The notes beneath the pieces are model-generated. The model searched no databases. It saw only the letters and a program-made list of their open reading frames with translations, and was not told the origin of the DNA. DNA of 64,000 nucleotides from Macrostomum lignano (taxonomy: Eukaryota): NCBI GenBank assembly GCA_002269645.1, contig NIVC01000349.1:558001-622000 (forward strand), in the 5' to 3' direction. Position 1 is the stretch's first letter. Each line of letters opens with the position of its first letter. This document shows positions 1 through 13,900 of this stretch, piece after piece. The translations under genes and the position numbers were made by a program.

Positions 1-1174
1 AGGCTCCTTAGAACTATAAACACATATATTTGTCTAAGCCACTTGTTTATGGCTTTTTCTATGGAACTCTTTCATTAAACCATTGACTTCTTTTACCACC
101 TATTTAAGCTTCTTGTTGGAATAAAAAACTGTTGTACCCCCTAAGTTATTTGTTTGATATCTTAAGAAGGCCTGGCCAGAAGTCACAATAGGCAAGGCCT
201 AGTAAGTAAGGCATGTGTGGTAGTATTGCAATGCCTTTTTGGTCTATGATTGCTTAGATTTTATTTTGGTCTATGATTGCTTAGATTTTAGCAGTTGTAT
301 AGGTGGTAGGAGGGCATTGTTATAATGAAACTTCTACCCTTTCATTCCTATCATTAGTGCCCTTTAGGCACCACTATCAATCATAACTAGCATGCACTTC
401 AATTTACTACCTTTATAGCATTTTGACATTGTTTGTTGTCTCAGTGCATGGCATTTTAAAATTGAAAGTCTGCCATCCTTTGTACTTTAACAAATGTTGT
501 TTTGGTATTGCAATTTTGCAATAAATGTCTGTTGCTTGCACCTAAGCATAATGTTTATAAACCCATGCTGCATGTCGGCAGAATCTGAAATTATATTCTA
601 ATATAACCAGCATATAAACATAGCATAGGGCAATACTTAAGCCTTAAAGACTATTGCTAGTAAATCAATATGAGTGTCAAGCACCATGGACTTTTGCTTG
701 TTGCAGTGCAATGCCAAAATAGCAACCAATTCTGCTCACACAATTTAATTTAATTTATAGCTATATGGAATTAAGTAGTCACTAAATTTGACCTATTATT
801 GTGCAGGCCTAAATGAATGGAATTCAACTAAAAATTATGGTCTAGACTATGTACATGTATAATGTACAGGGATTAGAATTTGAAGATTCTGCAATTTATG
901 CAAGTGGTTGAATTGCAAAACTTTTGGAGTATTCCTAGTGTGCAGCAATCAAGAAATAATGTACTAGTATGACAATAGAACAAACATTCTGAGTATATAG
1001 GGTTTTTTAGTTTCTAAAATTGCTATTGAAAAACTTCTTTATGATTTAGAAGTTGTTCTACATGCTTTAAAGAATGTTATAAATGAAATGAAATTTATTA
1101 TAAACATATAATTGTAGATTAAAATCTTTTTTGAATTGATTTTTTATAAATGTACTTTTCTTTTCATTTTTTAG

Positions 1175-3140
1175 CAATTGGACATTGTCAGTCCATTTCA
1201 ACTGTACTTCCATCCAACATTGATATTCAAGAACTTACAGGTAAGTCTTATTTTATCATTTTAAATTAACTCATCTTAGTTGATTTTTTTGAAAGTTTTT
1301 ATGCCCTAAATCTTGTCTTCTGTAAATTTTCAGCTTTGGCGTTTAATTACAAACTTTTGCTTCTTTGGCACATTTGGATTCAATTTCTTCTTTAATATGG
1401 TGTTCAATTATCGGTACTGTCGCATGCTTGAAGAAAACTCGTTCCGAGGCCGAACCAGCGATTTTGCGCTCATGTTCATCTTTGGCGGTTGCTTCATGAC
1501 GGTGAGTGATCATCTGAGTGCAGCGGCCTTAAAAAGAGCCGTTTTTGTAAACATTATTGTAAAAGTGTTTTTAATAAGTCGACTCTGCATCTCGATTATC
1601 AATATTAGTTGATTTCATTAAAATTTGTAGATAAGTAGTGGTGGCCCTTAAAAGGGTCGTTTTACGAAAATATTTTATTAACACCCTAGACTAGATAGCA
1701 GAAATATTTATTAAATTGCGAAATTCAATATTTGTTTTACGTTTGTGTTCAATAGTCATAGATTTAGATTGTTATGTTATTTACTCTTAATTTTAATTGT
1801 GTATAGCAAGTAGCAGAACTGAAAAGGGCCGTTTTATCATTTTCTTTTTTAATTTCAGCTCGCAGGCCTATTCGTGAATATGGTATTCCTTAGCCAGGCT
1901 TTCACAATCATGATTGTCTACGTTTGGAGTCGAAGGAATCCATTCATCAGGATGAATTTCTTTGGTTTGCTCACTTTTCAAGCTCCCTACTTGCCTTGGG
2001 TGCTGATGGCTTTTTCGTTCCTACTGGGAAACGTTATTATTGTTGACGCTATGGGTGAGTCTGTCATAATTTAGACCTTTTCCCACAAGTTTTATTCACT
2101 AGAAACTCGTATTTATTAATCTATAGATCCCAATACTAAAATCTACAGATACCCAGATACTAAATCTACAGATCGCAATCATAAATCTATAGATCCTAAT
2201 CCTAAATCTATAGATCCTAATCCTAAATCTATAGATCCTAATCCTCAATCTATAGATACTAATCATTAGTCTATAGACCACAATACTAAAATCTGTAGAT
2301 CCTAATACTAAAACCTATAGATCCCAATCCTAAATTCTATAGATCACACAGCAGCAAATCAATATGTTTCTTATTATTATTGCAGGCATCGCAGCAGGTC
2401 ACGTGTATTATTTTCTTGAAGATGTTTTCCCAAGACAGCGTAACGGCTTTCGCGTGCTGCGGACTCCTCAATTCCTGTGAGTCACTGCCCTTAATGATTA
2501 GTAAATACTCGGTCCCAGTCACAGTGACAGCATGGGTCACAGCCACAGTTACAGCATGGGTCACAGCCACAGTTACAGCATGGGTCACAGTTACAGCATG
2601 GGTCACAGCCACAGGTACAGCATGGGTCACAGTTACAGCATGGGTCACAGCCACAGTTACAGCATGGGTCACAGTTACAGCATGGGTCACAGTTACAGCA
2701 TGGGTCACAGTCACAGTTACAGCATGGGTCACAGCCACAGTTACAGCATGGGTCACAGTTACAGCATGGGTCACAGTCACAGTTACAGCATGGGTCACAG
2801 CCACAGTTACAGCATGGGTCACAGTTACAGCATGGGTCACAGTTACAGCATGGGTCACAGTTACAGCATGGGTCACAGTTACAGCATGGGTCACAGTCAC
2901 GGTGACAGCATGGGTCACAGTTACAGCATGGGTCACAGCCACAGTTACAGCATGGGTCACAGTCACGGTGACAGCATGGGTCACACTCCTCAGTTAAGTC
3001 GGTAAGCAAAAACTTCACTTTTGCCCACCCTGGTCTCCCACAGCAAAACGCTGTTCGACGCGCCCCCAGGCCAGCAAGATCCCAATTATCAGCCTCTTCC
3101 AGAAGAAGAGCGCCCTGGCGGCTTCAATTGGGGCCTGTGA
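1175..3140 (+). CDS. DERL2: Derlin-2 (Der1-like ERAD membrane protein), 5'-partial; exons 1175-1240, 1334-1501, 1859-2054, 2386-2476, 3044-3140
   Basis: Joined exons give [22 protein letters not shown]|[43 protein letters not shown]|[20 protein letters not shown]|[24 protein letters not shown]. These are hallmark Derlin-2 motifs. All four introns are GT-AG and phase-compatible. The first coding exon was not found in the window. Confidence 0.95.
2105..2340. repeat. 21-bp minisatellite (AAATCTATAGATCCTAATCCT) in a Derlin intron
   Basis: About 11 degenerate tandem copies, visible directly. Confidence 0.85.
2515..2990. repeat. 18/24-bp minisatellite (ACAGCATGGGTCACAGTT +/- ACAGCC) filling the last Derlin intron
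   Basis: Tandem copies visible; they explain the spurious repetitive ORFs at 2337-3018. Confidence 0.92.
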
Positions 3141-3699
3141 GGCTGCCAGGTCGCGTGTGAACCAACAAAAAATGCAATCTGAATTTTTTCTCCTTCAAAT
3201 GTCTTCTGTTGCCATTTTTTGAAGAATAAACCTTTTGACAGTGTTTTGCTAAATTGCCTACTGACTAGCTGGGTTAAGTAGTGTACAAAGAGCATCTATG
3301 ATGAAATATTTTAATTGGTGTAAAAATTGTTCTATGAAGAGCTGGTTGTGCCAAAAATAAATAAAATTGCCCTAAAATCAGTCTCCTGAGCCCTTGTCTG
3401 AGTTATGCTTTGCTTTTATTAATATTGAAAACACAAGTAAACCCTATGCTTCGGTTTGCAGAACTTTTAATGCTTTCTAATTGAATAAACAATTATTTGT
3501 ATACCTTTATTGTGGCCTTCTGATGCTTACTTGATTGATTACTTCTCTTATCTTTGGTGGTCATTTGATCAATTTATTATTAAATATTATTATTTATTTC
3601 GCATTTTTAGTCAGTTGGCGTGGCTGTGTACGTTACTTATAGTAGCGAGTGGAGAGAAATTTGCTAAATTTAAAAATATATAATCGTAATTTTAGGTCT

Positions 3700-4480
3700 T
3701 GGGGTTTCGGTTCGGGATCTTGGGGTTCTAATTTGGGATCTTGGGGTTCTAATTCGGGATCTTTTGGTTCTAATTCGGGATCTTGAAGTTTAATTCGGGA
3801 TCTTGGGGTTTAATTCGGGATCTTGGGGGTTCTAATTCGAGATCTTGGGATTCGAAATCGGGATCTTGGGATTCGAAATCGGGATCTTGGGATTCTAATT
3901 CGGGATCTTGGGGTTCGAAATTGGGATCTTGGGGTTCTAGTTCAGGATCTTGGGATTCCAGTTCAGGATCTTGGGATTCCAGTTCAGGATCTTGGGATTC
4001 CAGTTCAGGATCTTGGGATTCCAGTTTAGGATCTTGGGATTCCAGTTCAGGATCTTGGGATTCCAGTTCAGGATCTTGGGATTCCAGTTCAGGATCTTGG
4101 GATTCCAGTTTAGGATCTTGGGATTCCAGTTCAGGATCTTGGGATTCCAGTTTAGGATCTTGGGATTCCAGTTCAGGATCTTGGGATTCCAGTTCAGGAT
4201 CTTGGGATTCCAGTTCAGGATCTTGGGATTCCAGTTCAGGATCTTGGGATTACAGTTCAGGATCTTGGGATTTAAGTTCAGGATCTTGGGACTCCAGTTC
4301 AGGATCTTGGGATTTAAAGTTCAGGATCTTGGGATTCTAGTTCAGGATCTTGGGATTCTAGTTCAGGATCTTGGGATTCCAGTTCAGTATCTTGGGATTC
4401 CAGTTCAGGATCTTGGGATTCCAGTTCAGGATCTTGGGATTCTAGTTCAGAATCTTGGGATTCCAGTTCAGGATCTTGGT
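3700..4480. repeat. 21-bp minisatellite (TTGGGATTCCAGTTCAGGATC)
   Basis: About 35 copies, homogeneous centre and degenerate edges. Confidence 0.93.
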
Positions 4481-4984
4481 GTTCGATATCTGGATTTACG
4501 AATTTCGATAGAAATGTGAACAAACAAAATCCGAAGGATGGGCAGAAGACTTTACTTTTGAACAATTTACGCTCGTAATTTCTTTTTTTGCTAAATTAAG
4601 AAGCCTTGCATGTACTTTTCGAATGCAAATCATACGGATTTTATTTCCATATGTCTGTGTGTAGCCACCTCACCTCGCCTCGCCTGGCCTCACTAAGGAA
4701 AAATTGTAAATTAAAAAAACAACATTGATAAAAGCAGATTTCGCTGTTTTTTGTTAAGTCTGTCTGGTCAGAAAAAATGAGTTCTAGTTAATTAGTTTCC
4801 TGTGTGTACCACTGATACGGCAGTGTGTCTTGTTAATAATTATGGAATATTGGAGTTTGTAAATATCTGTGACGAATTTACTAAACTACTTCATTGATAA
4901 TTATCACAAACGTCAAAGTATTTTTGATTTAATTATTTTATCTAAACAAAACAAAGGCGTCATTTACGGTTACTTTGAGTTCCG

Positions 4985-5860
4985 ATTTCCGGTAATCTTG
5001 TGGTGCCATTTCCGGTTATCGCGAGGCACCATTTCCGGTTATCCTTAGGCGCCATTTCTGGTTATCCTAAGGCGCCATTTCCGGTTATCCTAAGGCGCCA
5101 TTTCCGGTTATCCTTAGGCGCCATTTACGGTTATTTTGAGACGCCATTTCCGATTATTTTTAGGCGCCATTTCCGGTTATCCTTAGGCGCCATTTCCGAT
5201 TATTCTGAGGCGCCATTTCCGGTTATTTTGAGGCGCCATTTCCGGTTATCCTTAGGTGCCATTTCCGATTATTCTGAGGCGCCATTTCCGGTTATTTTGA
5301 GGCGCCATTTCCGGTTATCCTAAGGCGCCATTTCCGGTTATCCTAAGGCGCCATTTCCGGCTATCCTAAGGTGCCATTTCCGGTTATCCTAAGGCGCCAT
5401 TTCCGGTTATTCTTAGGCGCCACTTACGGTTAGCGTAAGGCGCCCTTTCCGGTTATCGTTAGGCGTCATTTCCGAATATATTGAGGCGCCATTTTCGGTT
5501 ATCCTTAGGCGCTATTTCCGATTATTTTGAGGCGCCATATCCGCTTATTTTGAGGCACAATTTCCGATTATTTTGAGGCGCCATATCCGGTTATTTTGAG
5601 GCGCCATTTCCGGTTATTCTTGGGCGCCATTTCCGGTTATTTTGAGGCGCCATTTCCGGTTATTTTAAAGCGCCATTTACGGTTATCCTTAGGCGCCATT
5701 TACGGTTATTTTGATGCGTCATTTCCGGTTTTTTGAGGCGCCATTTCCGGCTTTTTTAAGGCGCTAGTTCAAAACAATTTCAGGCGCCATTTCGGGTTAC
5801 TTTGAGCTGCCGTTTGCGGTCATTTTATGGCGCCTTTTCTGGTTATTTCAAGGCGCTAAT
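4985..5860. repeat. 21-22-bp minisatellite (AGGCGCCATTTCCGGTTATCCT)
   Basis: About 40 tandem copies visible. Confidence 0.92.
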
Positions 5861-6439
5861 TCCAGACATTAAGATGCTACATCCGTTATCTCTGGCGCAC
5901 CATTTTTAGCCATAATGGGGCATGTAGAATCTTCATATCAAGTTAAGAAACGTGTCTTTAAGCAGCTCCGCCTTCCATCAACAGGTCCTTACGTTATCCC
6001 AAATTTTCACACTCCATTCAGGATTCCCCGTTGAGTTTTAAACAAAAAAGAATGAATTTTTTCATTTCTCAACTCTTATCGCATTGTGAATAGTTTATCA
6101 AGCCTCGAGTCATCAATTATCCACTTGAGTTGTTTATTACTCGTAGCTTCAGGTGGGATCATAATTTCGTGTCCCTTGAGACTTGAGACTTGAGAAGTAT
6201 AGAGGAGAGTATAGTTTCAACTTCTTGGCCCAAACAAAAAAAACTCAATAAAAAAGTATATTATAATAGAAAGAATTCCACTGCTCCTAGGACAGCATCG
6301 AGGTGAGATTTGAGGTGTGCTTAGTTAGGAATGGCTGCTTCCCTGCTGTGATAAGTAGCCCACGGTTATATCCTGTTGAATGAGACCCATTCTTAGCAGT
6401 GAATGCTGAGATATTGAAAGAAGGAAAGACAGGTAATTT

Positions 6440-7420
6440 AGAGAGGGAAGAGATGGTGACTCAGAGAGAGAAAAGAGAGAGAATAGAGAGAGACTCAGAG
6501 AGGGAATAGAGAGAGACTCAGAGAGGGAAGGGGGTGGCTCAGAGAGGGAAGGGGGTGGCTCAGAGAGGGAAAAGAGGGTGACTCGGAGTGGGAAAAGAGA
6601 GAGACTCAGAGAGGGAAAAGAGAGACTCAGAGAGGGAAAAGAGAGACTCAGAGAGGGAAGAGAGGGTGACTCAGAGAGGGAAGAGAGGGTGACTCAGAGG
6701 GAAGAGAGGGTAACACAGAGAGGGAAAAGAGAGACTCAGAGAGGGAAAGAGGGTGACTCAGAGAGGGAAGGGGGTGGCTCAGAGAGGGAAAAGAGGGTGA
6801 CTCGGAGTGGGAAAAGAGAGAGACTCAGAGAGGGAAAAGAGAGACTCAGAGAGGGAAGAGGGTGACTCAGAGAGGGAAGAGAGGGTGACTCAGAGAGGGT
6901 GACTCAGAGGGAAGAGAGGGTAACACAGAGAGGGAAAAGAGAGACTCAGAGAGGGAAGAGGGTGACTCGGAGAGGGAAAAGAGAGACTCAGAGTGGGAAA
7001 GAGAGAGACTCAGAGGGGGAAGAGGGTGACTCAGAGAGGGAAAAGAGAGACTCAGAGAGGGAAGAGGGTGACTCGGAGAGGGAAAAGAGAGACTCAGAGA
7101 GGGAAGAGGGTGACTCGGAGAGGGAAAAGAGAGACTCAGAGAGGGAAAAGAGAGACTCAGAGAGGGAAGAGAGAGACTCAGAGAGGGAAGAGAGGGTGAC
7201 TCAGAGAGGGAATAGAGAGAGACTCAGAGAGGGAAAAGAGAGACTCAGAGAGGAAAGAGAGAGAGACTCAGAGAGGGAAAAGAGAGACTCAGAGAGGAAA
7301 GAGAGAGAGACTCAGAGAGGGAAAAGAGAGACTCAGAGAGGGAAAAGAGAGACTCAGAGAGGGAAGAGAGAGACTCAGAGAGGGAAGAGAGGGTGACTCA
7401 GAGAGGGAAGAGGGTGATTC
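6440..7420. repeat. GA-rich ~21-bp minisatellite (GAGAGGGAAAAGAGAGACTCA / GAGGGTGACTCA)
   Basis: Purine-rich tandem array visible directly. Confidence 0.9.
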
Positions 7421-7926
7421 ACAGATGATAGAAGAGGGTTATTCAGGGTGGTAAAAGTAGGATGAAATGAAGAAAACTAATATCGGACCAAAAATGGGAT
7501 CTCCTCAGTCTTAGCCGCCATCCTGAGGTGTCTGAGCTGAGCACACACGCGCGCAGAGATCACGCCTCACAGCTAATTAGTACACACGCTCACACAGGGT
7601 GTACGGTGCCCCCGACTGTCTAATATCGACAGGCATGTACACCTGACGATAGGAGACATAGGAGACTGCAATTATACAGTAGAAGTTATGGTAGTTGCTG
7701 CTGTATATTTAAAGATAATTATATTTATATAGCTCATTATAAACAAGCTCATTAGCATGCACTCAGCCTCCTAGAGGATTAAAAAACTACACAATTGCTT
7801 TAATTTATAGAGCAAAACTCTCATTGTTAAACTGTTGAAACAACTTTTATGCACAAATAAAATATCTTTAGGCGGCTGAAGAGAAAGTCGCCAGACAAGG
7901 TGACGATATTGCTTGAAGAATGACCT

Positions 7927-10900
7927 TCAAACGTCCCCTCCGCCAAACCACATTCCCGTGGCCGTTTGGGTTGGTCGCCAAATCCGGGCTCGAACCCGCG
8001 ACCTGCTAGCCTCCGTCGGATCTTCCGGGCCGTTCGGACAGCGGATGAGCCGTTCGAAATCGCCTCTCTGGTCTATCCAGGCCAGCGAGTGGCCCCAGAC
8101 TTCGCCGAGCTCGCCTTCCGGATCGTCGTCCATCATCTGTAGAGAGTCGTCAGAATCCAGCAGGCAGCTGCTGTCTGCCAGGTCCGGGATGGCCTGCTGG
8201 GGCGCTGGAACCGGGGCGACCGTTTGGGGAGGCATGGCGAGAGATGCACAAGTATTACTTTTGTTTTTTAGTTCATTGCTCTCTACCCTACTCTCTCCCT
8301 ACTCTCTACCCTACTCTCTACCCTACTCTCTCCCTACTCTCTACCCTACTCTCTCTACCCTACTCTCTCTACCCAAATCTCTTTACCCTACTCTCTCTAC
8401 CCTACTCTCTCCCTACTCTCTACCGTACTCTCTCCCTACTCTCTACCCTACTCTCTCTACCCTACTCTCTCTACCCTACTCTCTCCCTACTCTCTACCGT
8501 ACTCTCTCCCTACTCTCTACCCTACTCTCTCTACCCTACTCTCTCTACCCAAATCTCTTTACCCTACTCTCTCTACCCTACTCTCTCCCTACTCTCTACC
8601 GTACTCTCTCCCTACTCTCTACCCTACTCTCTCTACCCTACTCTCTCTACCCTACTCTCTCCCTACTCTCTACCGTACTCTCTCCCTACTCTCTACCCTA
8701 CTCTCTCTACCCTACTCTCTCTACCCAAATCTCTTTACCCTACTCTCTGTTTACCCTACTCTCTCTACCCTACTCTCTCTACCCTACTCTCTCTACCCTA
8801 CTCTCTACCCTACTCTCTCCCTACTCTCTACCCTACTCTCTCTACCCTACTCTCTGTTTACCCTACTCTCTCTACCCTACTCTCTCTACCCAAATCTCTT
8901 TACCCTACTCTCTCTACCCTACTCTCTCCCTACTCTCTACCCTACTCTCTCCCTACTCTCTACCCTACTCTCTCTACCCTACTCTCTCTACCCAAATCTC
9001 TTTACCCTACTCTCTCTACCCTACTCTCTCTACCCTACTCTCTCTACCCTAATCTCTCTACCCTACTCTCTCCCTACTCTCTACCCTACTCTCTCTACCC
9101 TACTCTCTCTACCCAAATCTCTTTACCCTACTCTCTCTACCCTACTCTCTCTACCCTACTCTCTCTACCCTACTCTCTCTACCCTACTCTCTCCCTACTC
9201 TCTACCCTACTCTCTCTACCCTACTCTCTCTACCCTACTCTCTCTACCCTACTCTCTCTACCCTACTCTCTCTACCCTACTCTCTCTACCCTACTCTCTC
9301 TACCCTACTCTGTAGCCTACACTCTCTACCCTACTCTCTCTACCCTAATCTCTCTACCCTACTCTCTCTACCCTAATCTCTCTACCCTACTCTCTGTTTA
9401 CCCTACTCTCTCTACCCTACTCTCTCTACCCTACTCTCTCTACCCTAATCTCTCTACCCTACTCTCTCTACCCTAATCTCTCTACCCTACTCTCTCTACC
9501 CTAATCTCTCTACCCTACTCTAGCCTAAACTCTCTAGCCTACACTCTCTAGCCTACTCTCTTTTTTATCTCTCTACCTATCTCTCTCTACCCTACTCTGT
9601 AGCCTACACTCTCTACCCTACTCTCTCTACCCTAATCTCTCTACCCTACTCTCTCTACCCTAATCTCTCTACCCTACTCTAGCCTAAACTCTCTAGCCTA
9701 CACTCTCTAGCCTACTCTCTTTTTTATCTCTCTACCTATCTCTCTCTACCCTACTCTGTAGCCTACACTCTCTACCCTACTCTCTCTACCCTACTCTCTC
9801 TACCCTACTCTGTAGCCTACACTCTCTACCCTACTCTCTCTACTCTAATCTCTCTACCCTACTCTCTCTACCCTAATCTCTCTACCCTACTCTCTGTTTA
9901 CTCTACTCTCTCTACCCTACTCTCTCTACCCTACTCTCTCTATCCTAATCGCTCTACCCTACTCTCTCTACCCTAATCTCTCTACCCTACTCTCTCTACC
10001 CTACTCTCTCTACCCTAATCTCTCTACCCTACTCTCTCTACCCTAATCTCTCTACCCTACTCTCTCTACCCTAATCTCTCTACCCTAATCTCTCTACCCT
10101 ACTCTAGCCTAAACTCTCTAGCCTACACTCTCTAGCCTACTCTCTTTTTTATCTCTCTACCTATCTCTCTCTACCCTACTCTGTCTACCCTACTTTACTT
10201 TTCTCTTCTCTACCCTTCAAATACCAGACTGCCACTAATAACGAGCTATTGAAAACCTTAAATTTTGCGAGAATCAAAAGCTAAAAGAAGAATTTCTATC
10301 AAAGAATGCTTGAGCCTTGAGCCAATTTACGTGACTCTGTGTGGTATAAAATAGTGAAAGACAGACACTTAGTTGAGTGACGCGCAGCCATTGCTCCCCA
10401 GTGCTCACGAGAGTCAATTGATCCCTTGGTCAGGCACGTTTTGCAGCCATCTGCTTGCGATGGTAATTTGTTCATTTTTTCATCACTCGTCAAAATAAAA
10501 CTGAAGGAGGCAAGAAGTTTTTTAAACTGCAAGGGCCGTATCTGGCCGAGGAACATGCGCCTGAGCTTTCTTGTATAGAAATTCGCGACAAAGACCTCCC
10601 TTTAACAAGCATATTTTATCGCACTATTGAAGTGTGCAAGTGTGCAGGGAGCACGTGTTTTATTTCGAAGGGATCGGTGAGTTAAGGGGCTGAGTTGCTG
10701 CAAAGTTCCCAAGCAGCTCAAGCATGGCGGGTCTGCATGGTAGCCACGTGGCCTAATGGTCGAATTCCTTGTAAGCGGTTCTTAATCTTTTATAAAGAAT
10801 TTCGGATCATTGTGTAAAACTTTCTTAGCATACATGTGAAAGCGATTTTGACTGGGCACGCGTATGGGTGCGTTATGAGCTCAACCAGTTAATCTTGACC

Positions 10901-13900
10901 GTTAATTCCTTGGCACCTTTGCCGGTGGCTTGTCCAGCTCTCAGTTGTTGTATTGTGTTATATAGGCCTGTCAAAGCTTCAAGTGGAGACTGGTGAAGGT
11001 GGTGAAGTGTTAGAGCAAGTAAATCTATACCTCAGTATAATGGTGATTTTTTTATTAAGCTTTCAATAAACGGCTTTCATGAGATTTGGATTGATTCGGA
11101 ATTTTACTTTGGTTGATTTTATTACGTATAAAAAATATCCGTGCATGAGAGCTCAGACTTCTGATAGGAAATAAAGTAGATATGAGAAGTAGGGGGCAGG
11201 TTAGATAAGAGGGCAGAAAGGGTAGATAGCAGAGAGTAGGCAGGCTAGATAGTCTATAGTCTTAGAGGAGTAGGCAGGCTAGATAGTCTATAGTCTTAGA
11301 GGAGTAGACAGGGTAGATAGCAGAGAGTAGGCAGGCTAGATAGTCTTAGAGGAGTAGACAGGGTAGATATGGGAGAGTGGGCAGGGTAGATATGGGAGAG
11401 TGGGCAGGGTAGATATGAGAGAGTGGGCAGGGTAGATATGGGAGATTAGGCAGGGTAGATATGGGAGATTAGGCAGGGTAGATATGGGAGAGTGGACAGG
11501 GTGGATATGGGAGAGTAGACAGGGTAGATATGGGAGAGTAGACAGGGTAGATATGGGAGAGTAGACAGGGTAGATATGGGAGAGTAGACAGGGTAGATAT
11601 GGGAGAGTAGACAGGGTAGATATGGGAGAGTAGACAGGGTAGATAACAGAGTAGACAGGGTAGTTAACAGAGAGTAGACAGGGTATAGATAACAGAGAGT
11701 AGATACGGTAGTTAACAGAACAGTAGACAGAGTAGATAGGATAGTAGACAGGGTTGGTAGGAGAGTAGAGAGAGCAGAACATCCTGAACTGGCCAGTAAC
11801 AAAAACTCGATATGGTTTGAAACAATTCAGCTCGAATCCTAACAGTTCCCATGCAGCATCGCATCCCCAGCAAGTCACGCACAAGCAGACAGGGGAAAGC
11901 ACAGTTGCATACGGAGGTGCACACGCGTCGGTTGTTTAATTCACATTAAAAGGATGTGGATGGAGAATCGAGACGGATGAGAGCCACAAGATCTGAAGTG
12001 GCCAAAGCCACAGTCACACAACATCAATGATAAGATTTATTGTCTATAACATGTCACGCACACAGGCATCTTCTTGCCTGTGTGCGGCTGTTCCTGACCA
12101 TGGTGACTACAACGGGGGGATCTGGGCGGCGGACATGGCCACGTGTGCTATTATAGAATTAAATTAGTGAGAATTGAACTAATAGTGAGTGAAAGTTCGC
12201 ATTCCAAGCATATGATTTTGATCATTGTTATTGTTCACCTTGATTTTGTCGCTATTGCTATACCTCTGAAGAAACAGCCTCTGAATAAACAGCCCCTGAA
12301 GAACCAAGCCCCTGAAGAAACAGCCCCTGAAGAAACAGCCCCTGAAGAAACAGCCCCTGAAGAACCAAGCCCCTGAAGAAACAGCCCCTGAAGAACCAAG
12401 CCCCTGAAGAAACAGCCCCTGAAGAACCAAGCCCCTGAAGAAACAGCCCCTGAAGAAACAGCCCCTGAAGAAACAGCCCCTGAAGAACCAAGCCCCTGAA
12501 GAAACAGCCCCTGAAGAACCAAGCCCCTGAAGAAACAGCCCCTGAAGAAACAGCCCCTGAAGAAACAGCCCCTGAAGAACCAAGCCCCTGAAGAAACAGC
12601 CCCTGAAGAACCAAGCCCCTGAAGAAACAGCCCCTGAAGAAACAGTCCCTGAAGAAACAGTCCCTGAAGAAGCAGCCTCTGAAGAAACAGCCCCTGAAGA
12701 ACCCAGCCCCTTTAAGAAACAGCCCCTGAAGAACCCAGCCCCTGAAGAAATAGCCCCTGAAGAAACATCTCCTGAAGAAGCAGCCCCTGAAGAAACATCT
12801 CCTGAAGAAGCAGCCCCTGAAGAAACATCTCCTGAAGAAGCAGCCCCTGAAGAAACATCTCCTGAAGAAACAGCCCCTGAAGGAACAGCCTCTGAAGGAA
12901 CAGCCGTTGAAGAAACAACGACTTTTCCTGAAGAGCATAACGGGTCAGAAAGAGTGAAAAACCCCGAAGCAACTCCCGGACCCACTTTTTCCTTGAGAGA
13001 GTTCTCAAGCAGCTCCATACTGAGCAGACCCAGCCTCCTTCAATCCTTCAGCACCTTCTCTCAGCAACTTGGCAACAATTTCATAATTTCCCCAACTGAA
13101 GTGTCCGTCATTCTCAAACCCAGAATATGCTGCTGTGTGTGCATAGTTACATCATTAGCATTAAGTCTGCTGCTGGGCGGACTTCTTAACAAAGGATTTA
13201 GTGTGATAAGGATTAACAAGTATAAGAGGGTTTCAAAATCTAGCTGCCTGCAGGAACGGTTGCGCAATGTCTCGAGGGGCCATTTTTCTGTCTCTCCAAG
13301 TCTGTCTCTCCCCCTTATACTGCTGGCAGTTCCCGCGCCTTTTGCTGCTATAGCCGCAGCCTCCAACATCAAGTGTTTGCATTCTATAAAAGCGAGTGAG
13401 CTGCATGCATGCAGGCAGCGATTCTTCTATTCGGTTCGATCAATCATTTATTAATGCAGTTATATCGCAGAGCTGTATAGATATCGATATATATATACAT
13501 TGGCGCATATAATAGAGCTACATAGTAGTCTCACGAAAAAATGCAATCTTTGTTTAGTTCCATTATATTTTCTATTTAAATTATTAATGCTAGCTGATTG
13601 ACTTTTTGGCCCAATTATTAATATAAGTTAAACCTTTTGCTACATGTTGGAGATGGTTCTATAGTAAAGGGTAGACAGCGGAGAGGGTGAGGGTAGACAG
13701 CGGAGAGGGTGAGGGTAGACAGCGGAGAGGGTGAGGGTAGACAACGGAAAGGGAGATGGTAGACAGCGGAGAAGGAGAGGGTAGACAGCGGAGAAGGAGA
13801 GGGTAGACAGCGGAGAGGGAGAGGGTAGACAGCGGAAAGGGAGAGGGTAGACAGCGGAAAGGGAGATGGTAGACAGTGGAGGGTAGACAGCGGAGAGGGA

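Noticed and set aside
2337-3018. Metallothionein-like (CDPCCN)n and other repetitive ORFs
   Set aside because: They are translations of an 18/24-bp intronic minisatellite, open in several frames and on both strands.
8280-10195. Interstitial telomeric repeat (CCCTAA-like)
   Set aside because: CCCTAA/CCCTAC occurs only as part of a 12-16-bp CT unit, never as tandem hexamers.
10735-10775. tRNA or SINE head (TGGCCTAATGG A-box-like, GGTCGAATTCC B-box-like)
   Set aside because: The boxes are directly adjacent and no cloverleaf can be formed.
12990-13150. Ankyrin-like peptide HTAAYSG..EIVAKLLREGA on the minus strand
   Set aside because: Short frame bounded by stops, with wrong spacing; likely chance.
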